A stretch of DNA of 63,899 nucleotides, filler included, from Aduncisulcus paluster (GCA_024181965.1; 19 parts of 19 records of this genome joined end to end with filler, not necessarily neighbours in it), one strand, 5' to 3'; counted from the first letter of the whole stretch, positions 35,856 to 47,221 are shown. Made by a program: numbers and translations. Notes: generated by a model not told the origin, from the sequence alone.

Positions 35856-37541
35856 ATGCGGATAGACGCCTCGAAACTGGCAAAATCAGAACCCGCTGGA
35901 ATCACATCAAATGATGGGAAATTCCACGTGTTAATGCCGAAAATAGAATATAAAAATCACATTTATTTTTATCTTGCAAATTCAGAGACGATGATTATCA
36001 TTCGGTCCCCTATCTCGTATAAATACATTTTTAGTTCAAAGTTCTCCTGTGATAATCGTTTGTTTGCTGCATGTTTACTTGATAAATCAGATTCTATTAT
36101 TTTATGTTGTTTTGATCTCGTTTCCAAAACATCTATCGTTCTTAGCTCTCTCGAACATTCCATTCTCCTTTCTGTTTCATTCACATTATGCTCTGGATCT
36201 CCAGGAATTGTTTATTCGCAAGAATATTCAAATGATGTTCATATTCTTGATGTATTAAAAAAAACAGAAATTCATTCATTCTCAGTATCTGCTCCGATTA
36301 ATTCGATGGCTTTGACCGGTGATAATAACATAATTATAGCAACTAAATGTTGTTGTGCCGATGACAACACCATTCATGTGTTTGATTCAACTGGACACAA
36401 AATAGAAGGGTTTTCGATGGGAATTCGTTCTGATTCCATTTTCCTTCATCCTTTATCTCCCAATATTATTGGTTTTACTTCCCTTAACTTATTGCAAAGT
36501 GCCACAGAGGAGACCTCTCCACCAAATATTAAATATTTTACATCCCTTATTGATCTAGCCACCTCTGAGACCATTATTACTGTTGAAGGTCGTCAAGGTG
36601 CATTTTCCCCATGTGGAAATAAGTTTTTTGTTCGAAGTGTTGCTGTGGATGACACATGGATGGTTTTCCCAAGCTCTCTCTCCCTCGAATCTTCAATGAC
36701 AGTTATTTCTCCTTCTGAACAAGAAGAGGAGGAGAATGAGGAAGAGATTGTTGAATCTTGTTCTATATCAGACCCTATTCATTCTGATGACGATCAATCT
36801 GATGATAGTGCAGATCTTGCCCATTCCGCCCGAATTCCAGATACTACTTCATTCCCTGTTGTTCTCCCACAATCCCCTACCATCCCGTCGTGTGATGTTG
36901 AAGAGCTTGAGATCGACGATTGTGATCATTCTGCTGTCGCACGATTGTCCTCTTCATCACACACCACTGCACACGATATATCAATACTTTCTTTCTCTTC
37001 TTCCACCCACAGTGATGCTTCAAAGACCAGCAGCATGACCAGGAAAGATAAAGACAGTCAGCCAACGTTCGAGGAAGACCACAGTCAGGATGATGCTGAT
37101 AGAATGATGCTTGGTGGAAGTACAATGTGTGGCCTTGAACATTCATTGAGCACCACGAGTCTTATCCAATGTGAAGAAGCCACAAGCATTCCTCCTAAAT
37201 TTTTGACTGATTCTATTGGGTTTTATCACACCACCGAGGAGGTCGTGTTATTTAATTGTTCCCTTCAGGACGAAATGGAGGTTGATCTCCATGCTAACGG
37301 GATTTTAATCCCATTCGACCTTGATAATCACATGTTCTTGTGCTATAATTGGAACAAAGTTGAGAAAGATTATGATGATGTTGTGATTGTGGTTATTGAC
37401 GAGGATCATTGCATCATTGAAGGCAAAATGAATGTGACCAGTCTCCTTGAGAGGAGGATTAAGAGAAAGTTGGAAAGGAAAGAGAAACGTGACAAACGGC
37501 GCCAAGAAAGAAAGGAGAATGGGGGATGTTTTATCGTATGA
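35856..37541 (+). CDS. Hypothetical protein with beta-rich (propeller-like) N-half, acidic linker, polybasic tail and CaaX box; start codon uncertain
   Basis: 561-aa ORF ending ...RRIKRKLERKEKRDKRRQERKENGGCFIV*. Confidence 0.75.
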   Translation: MRIDASKLAKSEPAGITSNDGKFHVLMPKIEYKNHIYFYLANSETMIIIRSPISYKYIFSSKFSCDNRLFAACLLDKSDSIILCCFDLVSKTSIVLSSLEHSILLSVSFTLCSGSPGIVYSQEYSNDVHILDVLKKTEIHSFSVSAPINSMALTGDNNIIIATKCCCADDNTIHVFDSTGHKIEGFSMGIRSDSIFLHPLSPNIIGFTSLNLLQSATEETSPPNIKYFTSLIDLATSETIITVEGRQGAFSPCGNKFFVRSVAVDDTWMVFPSSLSLESSMTVISPSEQEEEENEEEIVESCSISDPIHSDDDQSDDSADLAHSARIPDTTSFPVVLPQSPTIPSCDVEELEIDDCDHSAVARLSSSSHTTAHDISILSFSSSTHSDASKTSSMTRKDKDSQPTFEEDHSQDDADRMMLGGSTMCGLEHSLSTTSLIQCEEATSIPPKFLTDSIGFYHTTEEVVLFNCSLQDEMEVDLHANGILIPFDLDNHMFLCYNWNKVEKDYDDVVIVVIDEDHCIIEGKMNVTSLLERRIKRKLERKEKRDKRRQERKENGGCFIV

Positions 37542-38604
37542 GATACTATCATAGTACAATGACTGTATAGAATAGTTTAGTATTATAGTACCCGTATAGA
37601 ATCAATTCTGGGGGCACTTTGTTGTCATTTGTACTGTACTCAGATTCCAGTTTTCGTGCTTCTTCTTTATTCACCCCCTAGAGAATCATTCTCTATCATG
37701 ATGTTCATTTTTGTTTCTCTTTTCCTCTAAAATTCGTTCTTCAATCTGCATTCAACTATTGATTAGTTCAATATTGTAGATTGATTGAAAAGAATTACAA
37801 TTCTACATTGTTTTCCATTTTGGTTTTGATCTTGGTCATTCTTGTCTTTCTTTGTTTTCGTGCTAATTACTAATGGTATATTAGATTTGTATGCTAGCCT
37901 AGTTTGTGCATGATATTAATTTATTTTTTCCCTTCAGGACGAAATGGAGGTTGATCTCCATGCTAACGGGATTTTAATCCCATTCGACCTTGATAATCAC
38001 ATGTTCTTGTGCTATAATTGGAACAAAGTTGAGAAAGATTATGATGATGTTGTGATTGTGGTTATTGACGAGGATCATTGCATCATTGAAGGCAAAATGA
38101 ATGTGACCAGTCTCCTTGAGAGGAGGATTAAGAGAAAGTTGGAAAGGAAAGAGAAACGTGACAAACGGCGCCAAGAAAGAAAGGAGAATGGGGGATGTTT
38201 TATCGTATGAGATACTATCATAGTACAATGACTGTATAGAATAGTTTAGTATTATAGTACCCGTATAGAATCAATTCTGGGGGCACTTTGTTGTCATTTG
38301 TACTGTACTCAGATTCCAGTTTTCGTGCTTCTTCTTTATTCACCCCCTAGAGAATCATTCTCTATCATGATGTTCATTTTTGTTTCTCTTTTCCTCTAAA
38401 ATTCGTTCTTCAATCTGCATTCAACTATTGATTAGTTCAATATTGTAGATTGATTGAAAAGAATTACAATTCTACATTGTTTTCCATTTTGGTTTTGATC
38501 TTGGTCATTCTTGTCTTTCTTTGTTTTCGTGCTAATTACTAATGGTATATTAGATTTGTATGCTAGCCTAGTTTGTGCATGATATTAATTTATTTTTTCC
38601 CTTC
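37259..38604. repeat. Direct tandem duplication, 669-bp unit with TTCCCTTC microhomology
   Basis: 37259-37927 is repeated at 37928-38596; TTCCCTTC occurs at 37259, 37928 and 38597. Confidence 0.92.
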
Positions 38605-38957
38605 CTTATTTTATTTTCCTTCTCTGGCATGTGTTTTTTTGCCCGTTATTGTTGTTAAAACATTCTGCCCCTTCTATTGGATTGTTTATTAGCTAATGAT
38701 TATTTCTTTTGTTTAGTAAATCTCAATTTCGATAATTTGAAGTATTTCAAAGAGATTGGGATTTTGCAATATTTGACTGCCATTTTTGGGATATTTTCGA
38801 TAATAAAAATGATATTTCCAATAAAATATTTACTTTTTATTGTAATAATCGTGAATATTATTTGCTAACTACAGGTCAACTACCTTTAAAGAAAATTATG
38901 TTGTGTTTTTGACAAAAACCCGTCCAATTTCACTATCTTTAATCATATTTTAATCAT

Positions 38958-39320
38958 ATGAGAACCTTTTTTATATTTTCAATTCTTATCTGTCTTATTA
39001 CGCTTGTTGTTTCTTCAGAAGATTTTCCAATCTTTGAAGCTCTTACCAGTCCATATGTTCGGGAAAAATCTGGGGTTTTGTCTTGCAATTCCTGTTTAGA
39101 AATCTTTCAGATGGTTGATTTTCTAATTGACTCAGAATATGACAAGGAGGAAATAGCTTTCTTTGTTTCCAATCATCTTTGTCCTGATTTCTCATCTAGT
39201 GAATCTCAAAACAACTGTGAGATCCTAGTGAATGCCTACACCGGTGATTGGGTCGATTTTCTTGTAAAATACGGTTTTGAACCTCATGAAGTTTGCAGTC
39301 TTTTCAAGATGTGTGATTGA
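38958..39320 (+). CDS. Secreted saposin-like protein (single SapB domain)
   Basis: Signal peptide followed by six Cys in saposin spacing: CNSC...LC...C...PHEVCSLFKMC. Confidence 0.85.
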   Translation: MRTFFIFSILICLITLVVSSEDFPIFEALTSPYVREKSGVLSCNSCLEIFQMVDFLIDSEYDKEEIAFFVSNHLCPDFSSSESQNNCEILVNAYTGDWVDFLVKYGFEPHEVCSLFKMCD

Positions 39321-39638
39321 TATCTCTTTGGTTTGTCTCTTTCGTTTTTTCATCCTCCTATGCAATTTTTATTCTTTTTTTCAATCTAATTAAGAGAGAT
39401 GTATTTTTTTTAATGTTGGAATCGTATATTGTCGCGAATTGCTACAATAAACAATTAATACTCAGAATTCATTTAATTATTGGTATTTCTCTTGATTTTG
39501 TCTGATATATTCATAGATAACTATTTAGTAAACAATTTTCACAAAAGATGGATTTTCTCGACGAAAGCAAAAAAAATTGTCCAGAATTCTCACCATTATT
39601 TAATTATTATTATCTAAATTTACAAAATATTCATTATT

Positions 39639-39981
39639 ATGACAGAACCCATTGTCATCCAGTCCCAACGCTTTCTTTCTGCTCTTACCTTTGATACTCC
39701 AGATCCAACGGATGAAGATATCGAAGAACACTTAAATCAACTCAGGATATTAATATTGAAATATGGAATTCCGGATGTAAAAATGAAACACAAAGATGTG
39801 TCCATCCGAGAAAGAGTGTGGAAATGTTTGTTACGGATAGGAAATGCCGATGTTGGAGAGTATTTATCCCTTGTGGAGAAAGGAAAATCACCTATGTATG
39901 ATGATATTAAACGGGATTCGATTCGGACCCTAAAGAAATGTAGTGTTGGATCTGCCTTATTTTATTTTCCTTCTCTGGCAT
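39639..39981 (+). CDS. TBC-domain GAP, Bub2/Cdc16-like (3'-partial)
   Basis: LRILILKYGIP...IRERVWKCLL...EYLSLVEKGKSPMYDDIKRDSIRT contains the TBC IxxDxxRT motif. Confidence 0.75.
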
Positions 39982-40081
39982 NNNNNNNNNNNNNNNNNNN
40001 NNNNNNNNNNNNNNNNNNNNNNNNNTTAATTAATTAANNNNNNNNNNNNNNNNNNNNNNNNNNNNNNNNNNNNNNNNNNNN

Positions 40082-40502
40082 CATCCAAGAGATCAGCTGG
40101 AAGAAAAAACCAATGTCTACCACTATATTCATCCCACTCGTATTTCTTTGATATTTTCTCGCCCTTTGAAGATGTAAAAGTGAATATAAGATATAATGGG
40201 GTTGTAAAAGTCCTACCTTTAAGACAAATATAAACCCCGATCAATGGGGAAGCAGAAGAGAAGGGAATGGAGATGTGGGTGAAGCGTCCAAGATTATTCT
40301 CTCCACTCATCATCTTTTGCGCTTCAGAACTCTGGTCGTACCCTTTATCACCTTCTTTTTTGGTCACATCAAGTGCTTTGATACTTGTAAAATCTATACT
40401 CTTTATATTAGGGGCATCTCGAGGAATTGGACAACAATATTGAGCTCCTTCACGAATATACTTTGTTTTCTCAATTTGAATGGATCCTAAAGTAGACCCC
40501 AT
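40082..40502 (-). CDS. Lineage-specific multigene family protein (3'-partial)
   Basis: Clear paralogue of 40901..41384 (CPIP.D.PNIKS; YDQSSEAQKMM.GE; FTHISIPFS.ASPL; LIFTFTSSKGE). Confidence 0.75.
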
Positions 40503-40900
40503 TTTTGTTTGTAAGCAAAAGACAGTACAGCTGCAACTGAAAACTTTTTTAGAAAACTTGACACCGATTGCAATGGAAAGAAGACATTAGAAATCTTTCA
40601 CAGGTGTTTTTAATGCATGAAGTTGAACATAGAATTGCCGATAAGTTACAGAGTTGAGTTTCTGCTGCTGAGGAAATCTTTGTTTTCTGGTTTAACTAAA
40701 TAATGCTTGTTTGATAACAGATTTAATTTTTTATCAAGTATTTCTACTCAACGTGTGAGATACAGGGTAAATATCATTAATATTTTAATTGTATGAGTAT
40801 CTTCTATCCTATTTTATCCGTTCCATGATTTGTCATCTCTTGTGAGCTTATTGGTGTTAATTAATTGTTTTATTTTTTGTATAGAAATCGTATATTATCA

Positions 40901-41384
40901 ATGCTATCAAGTGTACCTGCCCAAAAAGTGAAACCAGAAGAAATTCATGTAGGAGATGAATATAGTTGTCCAATTCCTAAAGATGGCCCGAATATAAAGA
41001 GTCCAGAATATTTTGCAATCAAAGCAGTTGATACTTCCAGGGCAAGAAATGAAACCAAGGAAGAGGATGGTGAAGAATACGACCAGAGCTCCGAAGCCCA
41101 AAAGATGATGCTTGGAGAGCGTAATGTTGGTCACTTTACCCACATCTCCATTCCTTTCTCTCCAGCTTCCCCATTGAAAGGTGCTTATATTTGTCTTGAA
41201 GGAAAAGGTTCTCCAACTTCATCACATCTTATCTTCACTTTCACGTCTTCAAAGGGTGAAATAACAGCCAAAAAATACGAATTTCCTGAAAAATATGTAT
41301 GTATTTGGTATTACCTTCCTATTGATCTCTCTGACATTATTTTGTGCGAGATTACAGGGAAAGGAAGATATAAACAGTATTTTA
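40901..41384 (+). CDS. Lineage-specific multigene family protein (3'-partial), divergent paralogue
   Basis: Shares long motifs with 40082..40502. Confidence 0.75.
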
Positions 41385-41484
41385 NNNNNNNNNNNNNNNN
41401 NNNNNNNNNNNNNNNNNNNNNNNNNNNNTTAATTAATTAANNNNNNNNNNNNNNNNNNNNNNNNNNNNNNNNNNNNNNNNNNNN

Positions 41485-42747
41485 TAACATATTGTGCAAT
41501 AGGTATGAGTTTTTCCCATTCTTCGTTATTCTTGACTCGAAGTGCAGCCACTCTCATGTGTCTTACCACTTCTTGGTTTGTTCTCTCCACGATTCCGTTT
41601 GCTTGTGGATGGTATGCCAGGACTTTGTGTTGTTTGATTCCGAGTTTTTCATAAAGGTTTGTCAATAACTCATTCACATATTGGGTTCCACGATCAGATC
41701 GAACTCTGTTTGGTAATCCGAATCGTCCAAATATTCCAGATATCAAAGCGTCGGCAGCATCGGTGGCTTTTGCTCTCTTCGTTGGAACTATTTCAGTCCA
41801 TCTAGTAAAACAATCAACCATCACGATCATATATCTCGAACCGGCTTTGCTCGGCATAATCGGCCCAACGGTGTCAATGGCAACGGTATCAAACGGTGTA
41901 CTCACGGTGGTGTCTTTCATCATGAGTTTTACAAGTCGTCTGGCTTTCATCTTTTGACAAATTCCACATTTCAGAATGTAGGATCGAGCTTCTTCTTTTG
42001 CATTTCTCAGGTATAGCTTTTTGTCTTTCAGATGGTCTATCATTTGTCCAATTCCCACATGACCAGCGAATGCATTGTCATGGGCATCACTTAAGACTTC
42101 TTTAACAAGGGCTTTATCTTCTGAAGGTATAATCGCACAGCCTCTTCTCACATAAAGGCCATTTCTCTTGTCAAGGTTTTCGGTATCCTTCAGATATGCG
42201 GTTTGACTGGTTTTCAGGCGAGCGAGCCATTTCTCGTGCCGTTTCTTCGTTAAAATCCTTCGGCTGGTTTCCGTTTCTTCGGTTTGTACCAGGTGTACAG
42301 CCGGGAGTTTCGGTTTGTCGGTCACGCCGTCAATATACACAGGCGGACAATCTTTCGAGGGTTTCAACGGTTTCTTGAAGGTTTTCACATGGTTCGGTCT
42401 ATGACGTATCAGGTCTGCATCATGTTCATCATTTGGTATCTGGTCTACTTTCACCACTTGATGTCCAAGCCTTGATAGAGCATCTGCCAGCTGGTTTTGT
42501 CTTCCTTTCACATGAACTGAATCAAATGTGAAATCGGCAAGGAATGTTCTCCATCGTTCAACTTTTGCTGAACTTCTGGTGTGAATGTACAAAAGGTTTT
42601 GATGGTCTGTATGTAATGTGAATTTTCTTCCTCTCAGATGGTATTCAGCCTTTGAGATACAATAAAAGATTGCATAAGCTTCTTTTTCTGTTGTGGTGTG
42701 CTTCGCTTCTTGAGATGTTAAGGTTTTGCTCATAAATGTGATCACTC
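41485..42747 (-). mobile_element. Ty3/Gypsy pol fragment (RNase H C-part and integrase)
   Basis: EKEAYAI, TDHQNL, NQLADALSR; integrase HHCC (AHDNAFAGH...CGIC) and DDE core (VAIDTVGP, SDRGTQY, NGIVERTN). Confidence 0.93.
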
Positions 42748-42928
42748 CACTATCGTTCCGAATAAAAGTATTACCATGGTATTACCATATGGTATTAATC
42801 TTATGGGAAGAGGCTTTACCATTAAATATATAATGGTATTACCATGGTATTACTTATGGTATTACCTTTAAATTTAATGGTATTACCAAAATTATTACCA
42901 TGGTAATACTTATGGTATTATTGTGGTA
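42748..42928 (+). mobile_element. CACTA/EnSpm-like transposon terminus with subterminal repeats, inserted in the Gypsy RNase H
   Basis: Begins CACTATCGTTCCG at the point where pol similarity ends, then dense direct and inverted TATTACCA/TGGTATTA repeats up to the contig end. Confidence 0.6.
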
Positions 42929-43028
42929 NNNNNNNNNNNNNNNNNNNNNNNNNNNNNNNNNNNNNNNNNNNNTTAATTAATTAANNNNNNNNNNNNNNNN
43001 NNNNNNNNNNNNNNNNNNNNNNNNNNNN

Positions 43029-44417
43029 CATCGAATCCAAAGGTTTTCTGATATCCCAGATGTCCAATTTTCAACAACGCCACCCATTTTCGTTGCTCAG
43101 AAGGAAAGCGACCTTTGTTTCACTGCCTTCTCTGGGTCTACTTGTGCTCCTCCTGCGGGCGACCTCAATGCCATGTATTCGACAATGTGCCCACGTCCTG
43201 GCTGCCATGAAATCCTTCCTCCTTTGCCAGAATCCCATTTACCTCTACCAGAGCTCAGTTTACCTCTACCAGAGCTCAGTTTACCTTTGCCAGAGTTCAG
43301 TTTACCTTTGCCAGAGTCCCCTCTGGATGCTGCTGCCTTTTGTCCTGACTTTTGCGCTCCTCCTCCCAAATTTACTGGATGTTTTTCAAGTTCCAAACTC
43401 GACCTGGTGGATTCTCCAAGTTCGATTGATTATTCCCATCCTGTAGATTCTTCTCCTGGAAAACAACGCTATTCTTCTGCTATTTATTCGGATGATCTGT
43501 ATTATGACAAAATTGAGGACGAAGGAAGGAAAGAAGAGGAAGAAGAACGTTTTCACGATGATTATCATGAAGCACGTACAGATAGACATTCTCGTGACGC
43601 TTTTGGGAAAGAGGAAGAAGGGGAAAAAGATCTCTCCGAAGAATCGACTGATGGCCATTCCTCTTCGTCTTCTTCTTCTTCAAGTGATCGCAAGAGTTCT
43701 TCTTCCAAATCGTCTCGGTACCAACCAAGAGCTTCATGTGATTGTTCCGGCTGTAGAAATCCCTTTGTCCATTCTAAAAGCTATAGATCTTCTATGGCCC
43801 AAAAAGTTCATGAGAATCTGCGTTATCTCCTATACCAGAGCTATAGATTTACTGATATTGGCCGAGGTAACAGTCCTCACCGTGTGATGTTCTTTTCTGG
43901 ATGTGATTGCAAAAAATGCATAAGTTGGGCCAACAAGTTCTGGACCAACGGAACTGCCCCCCGTGGTTTAGGAGAGAAGAAATGCGAGAAAATTTATGGT
44001 AAATTGCGAGACCTGCTTGATAGCCAAAGCGAACGGGGCCAACGGACACTCTCCTCTCTGATGCGTCAAGTTATTCAAGATCCTGGATCACTTTTGGACG
44101 ATTTTAAAGACGCCGATAAGGATATTTTCTCCAAAGACATCCGAGATTCAATGCTTGAAGGTCTTCACCAATTGGAAAAGTTGTTCCCCATGCTCCATGC
44201 TGTCCTTCCTTTTACCTATTGGAAAGAAAAGCACAAACTTGCCCAAATGAACCTTTCAAAAGCCAAATCAAAGAAGTCAGGCAAATCAAAGAAGCCGGCC
44301 AAATCAAAGAAGCCAGGCAAATCCAAAGAAAAGCTCCATGAAAAACTTGTCTGTTCTGTGTTTGGAGAGGATGGTTTCCCTGAGTGTCTTGCCCCTCAAG
44401 ATAAGGCTAAAAAATAA
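43029..44417 (+). CDS. Hypothetical protein (5'-partial) with PLPELSL repeats, Ser/acidic linker, Cys clusters and KSKKP repeats
   Basis: Frame is open from the contig start; CDCSGC and CDCKKC motifs; HhH-like GLGEKKCEKI. Confidence 0.7.
   Translation, partial: HRIQRFSDIPDVQFSTTPPIFVAQKESDLCFTAFSGSTCAPPAGDLNAMYSTMCPRPGCHEILPPLPESHLPLPELSLPLPELSLPLPEFSLPLPESPLDAAAFCPDFCAPPPKFTGCFSSSKLDLVDSPSSIDYSHPVDSSPGKQRYSSAIYSDDLYYDKIEDEGRKEEEEERFHDDYHEARTDRHSRDAFGKEEEGEKDLSEESTDGHSSSSSSSSSDRKSSSSKSSRYQPRASCDCSGCRNPFVHSKSYRSSMAQKVHENLRYLLYQSYRFTDIGRGNSPHRVMFFSGCDCKKCISWANKFWTNGTAPRGLGEKKCEKIYGKLRDLLDSQSERGQRTLSSLMRQVIQDPGSLLDDFKDADKDIFSKDIRDSMLEGLHQLEKLFPMLHAVLPFTYWKEKHKLAQMNLSKAKSKKSGKSKKPAKSKKPGKSKEKLHEKLVCSVFGEDGFPECLAPQDKAKK
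43221..43320 (+). repeat. 21-bp in-frame minisatellite (~4.7 copies)
   Basis: cctctaccagagctcagttta-type units start at 43221, 43242, 43263, 43284 and 43305. Confidence 0.9.
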
Positions 44418-45201
44418 TTGGAGGATCTTCTTAGTTTTCTTAGTATTTTTCTTTGTATTGCCGCTCTGATTTTGTTTTTATGNNNNNNNNNNNNNNNNNN
44501 NNNNNNNNNNNNNNNNNNNNNNNNNNTTAATTAATTAANNNNNNNNNNNNNNNNNNNNNNNNNNNNNNNNNNNNNNNNNNNNCCAAGTGTTGCTATAGCA
44601 CGAGCATCACATCGACTATCTTCCTCTTCTTCCTCTTCTTCCTCTTCTTCAAACTCGATGTCTTTCGCTCTTTCTGCTTCTAATCGAAGACATGACACTG
44701 TTCCTTTCTTGGTCTTTACAGCAGCAGTTGGATGTAGCTTTAAAGCTGCAGACGAGAAAGATTTCTTCTTCTTCTCCATTATTCCAATCTTCAAACTTCT
44801 TCCTTTCTTTCCCTTCAGATCTTTTTTTCCCTTCTCTCTCTCTCTTTCTCCTCTTCCTGGAAATTCTTCTGACCACAGAACAGTGCATCTCCAAATACAT
44901 TTCCATTGAAACATTCCATTACGATACACTCTACAACACCCAAGAAGGGTCTGAAGATCATCATATTCAATCATAAACACATCTTTGCAACGCATCACTT
45001 CCTGGAAAACATCATTGAAGTTCATTTGCTCGAGGATGGCGATGGATCGGATGAGGTGTCTCTGCGAAGGGTGAGATAAGAAGTGTTGTCCGATCTCTTG
45101 ATGGCGTGCATCGTTTGTGCGAGTGACCACCATGCAGGTTCCTGATAGTGTTTAATCTCCTTCATTTTTATAATTATTTATGTGTTAATACAACTAAGTA
45201 C

Positions 45202-45945
45202 TTAATATTCTTCATCAGAAATAATAGACTCTCGGAGCGTCTCGAAAACTATTTTCCCATGTTTCAAGATTTCAAGCATTTTCTCAGCTGAGGTACTCTC
45301 GATTTTGTAATTTACCATTGCGTTGGCACATCCTTGGCATCTCAACTCATCCCGATCGTGTATATTTGGGGCATATTCTGGAACAATAATACTCTTAACG
45401 CGATTCTTCCAACTGTCGCTTGTGAAGATGACTTGACCAACAGGAAATACAATCAAAATGGGATATCCATCAAGAATTAGAACTCGGTATATGGATTCGA
45501 ATGGATTTAACTTCTTCCCATCATTTATGGAATCAATATGAAAGCCTAAAGGAAACCTTCCCGGATAATTGTATTGTTTATACTGGGGTTTCTTGCCCAT
45601 ACCAAGCTCTAAATATCCAATTCGGTGCAATGACATCATATTCCCGAGAGCAATCTTGAAATTGTCCTCATCTTTCGCTTCTCGTAATTTTAATAAACTA
45701 TAGCGATTCGACTGATCCCTGAAGAAACACACACTCACGTGTCCAGAATTGGCCATGGCACACATTGTATAGAACAACTCAGGATCAAACAAAGTGCTGA
45801 CACTTGGTGAGAAGATCGCATCATGGGGACAATTTGTCGGGTTGTTCGCAAGTGTACACACACAATCACAATCATACATCTTCTCAGCAATAAACATGGG
45901 AGAGATGTCTGTATGGGAAGCAAGAGATGGAATAACCCTTGTCTT
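45202..45945 (-). CDS. Hypothetical protein (probably 5'-partial)
   Basis: Protein-like ORF of more than 230 aa ending in TAA before an AT-rich stretch; no motif recognised. Confidence 0.55.
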   Translation of the reverse strand, partial: KTRVIPSLASHTDISPMFIAEKMYDCDCVCTLANNPTNCPHDAIFSPSVSTLFDPELFYTMCAMANSGHVSVCFFRDQSNRYSLLKLREAKDEDNFKIALGNMMSLHRIGYLELGMGKKPQYKQYNYPGRFPLGFHIDSINDGKKLNPFESIYRVLILDGYPILIVFPVGQVIFTSDSWKNRVKSIIVPEYAPNIHDRDELRCQGCANAMVNYKIESTSAEKMLEILKHGKIVFETLRESIISDEEY

Positions 45946-46045
45946 NNNNNNNNNNNNNNNNNNNNNNNNNNNNNNNNNNNNNNNNNNNNTTAATTAATTA
46001 ANNNNNNNNNNNNNNNNNNNNNNNNNNNNNNNNNNNNNNNNNNNN

Positions 46046-47221
46046 GGTGTTGTTATCCTTGCTCGTGTCGAATACCCTGCTTCATACTGCTCGCCTCCTG
46101 TGTTGTGTGCTCTGAAGTGTATGAAGAACAAAGAGTCATGTAAAGACAATGAGAAATGTGTGAAATACATGAAGAAAGAATTCTCTCGTCAGCATCGGTT
46201 GTATTTCAAATCATCATTACAAAGCTGTATCCCTCGTCCTCTGCATATCCTTGATCTTCTCGATGGTGATCTGAAAGGAACGTTTGGGATGGCGATGGAG
46301 TTCTGTCAAGGTGGGAATGTGATTGACTTTGCCAAGAGCTGGGCTGTTGATCTCGACGAATGTGATCCTTGTGAAGATGATGAAGAGGACATTGTGTATG
46401 ATCCTGTGAAGCTCGCTGCTCTGTGTGTGGCTATCATCGAGTGTGTTGCTACCTTGTGTGTTGCGAAGAAGAAGCTTGTTCATCGCGACATTAAACCCGA
46501 TAACTTCCTTGTTCGGTATGATGCTTTGAAGAAACAGTGTCATGTTCTTCTTGGAGATTTGGGCTTTGTTGAGATCCGTGACTCTATGTCTTGCAGTTCT
46601 TTCATTACCACAGATTCCTCTTCTTCAACTTCTTCAACTTCTTCAAGTTCTTCAAGATCTTCAAGATCTTCTTCATCCTCCTCCTCTGATGGTCTTACGT
46701 TTGTATTCAAGACATCGATCGTGGGCACTCTGTGTTACAATGCACCCGAGAGTCTTGCCAATGGGTTTTACTGCCAACGCAGTGATGCATGGGGAGTTGT
46801 GCTGACAATATGGTCTCTCTTCAATGATATGAAGCAGCCTTTCATGACTCATCCCAAGGTGACAACAATTCCATATTCTGAGGATTATAACAAGAATCTT
46901 ATTGATGTTTTAGGAGAGCTCACAAAGAAAAAGAGTTGCCTCCCACAGCTGACAGACAGTGAGATCTTCTGTTCCCTTGAGACGATTGAAGGTGGGAAAT
47001 ACAATGCCGTGTATCAAGTGTTTCTTGCCGTGTTCGATGGTCTGTTGAACCCTGACCGTCTGAAACGAATGACGATCCACCAAGCCCGCTCTCTGACGAA
47101 TGATATCAAATATTTACTGCCGCGTCTTGGAGAAGGGTGGGAATGTCCATCCATCGAGGAGTACATTGCCCGTCAGCTTGAAGAGTATGATGGGTGTACA
47201 GGGACAATCCATAGCAGTAGC
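46046..47221 (+). CDS. Divergent Ser/Thr protein kinase (partial at both ends)
   Basis: CALK, MEFCQGG, HRDIKPDN, DLG, GTLCYNAPE and SDAWG; Ser-rich insert in the activation segment. Confidence 0.92.

Noticed and set aside
44583-45133. 200-aa minus-strand ORF and overlapping small ORFs
   Set aside because: Low-complexity purine-rich sequence with no recognisable motif; I cannot support a gene call.
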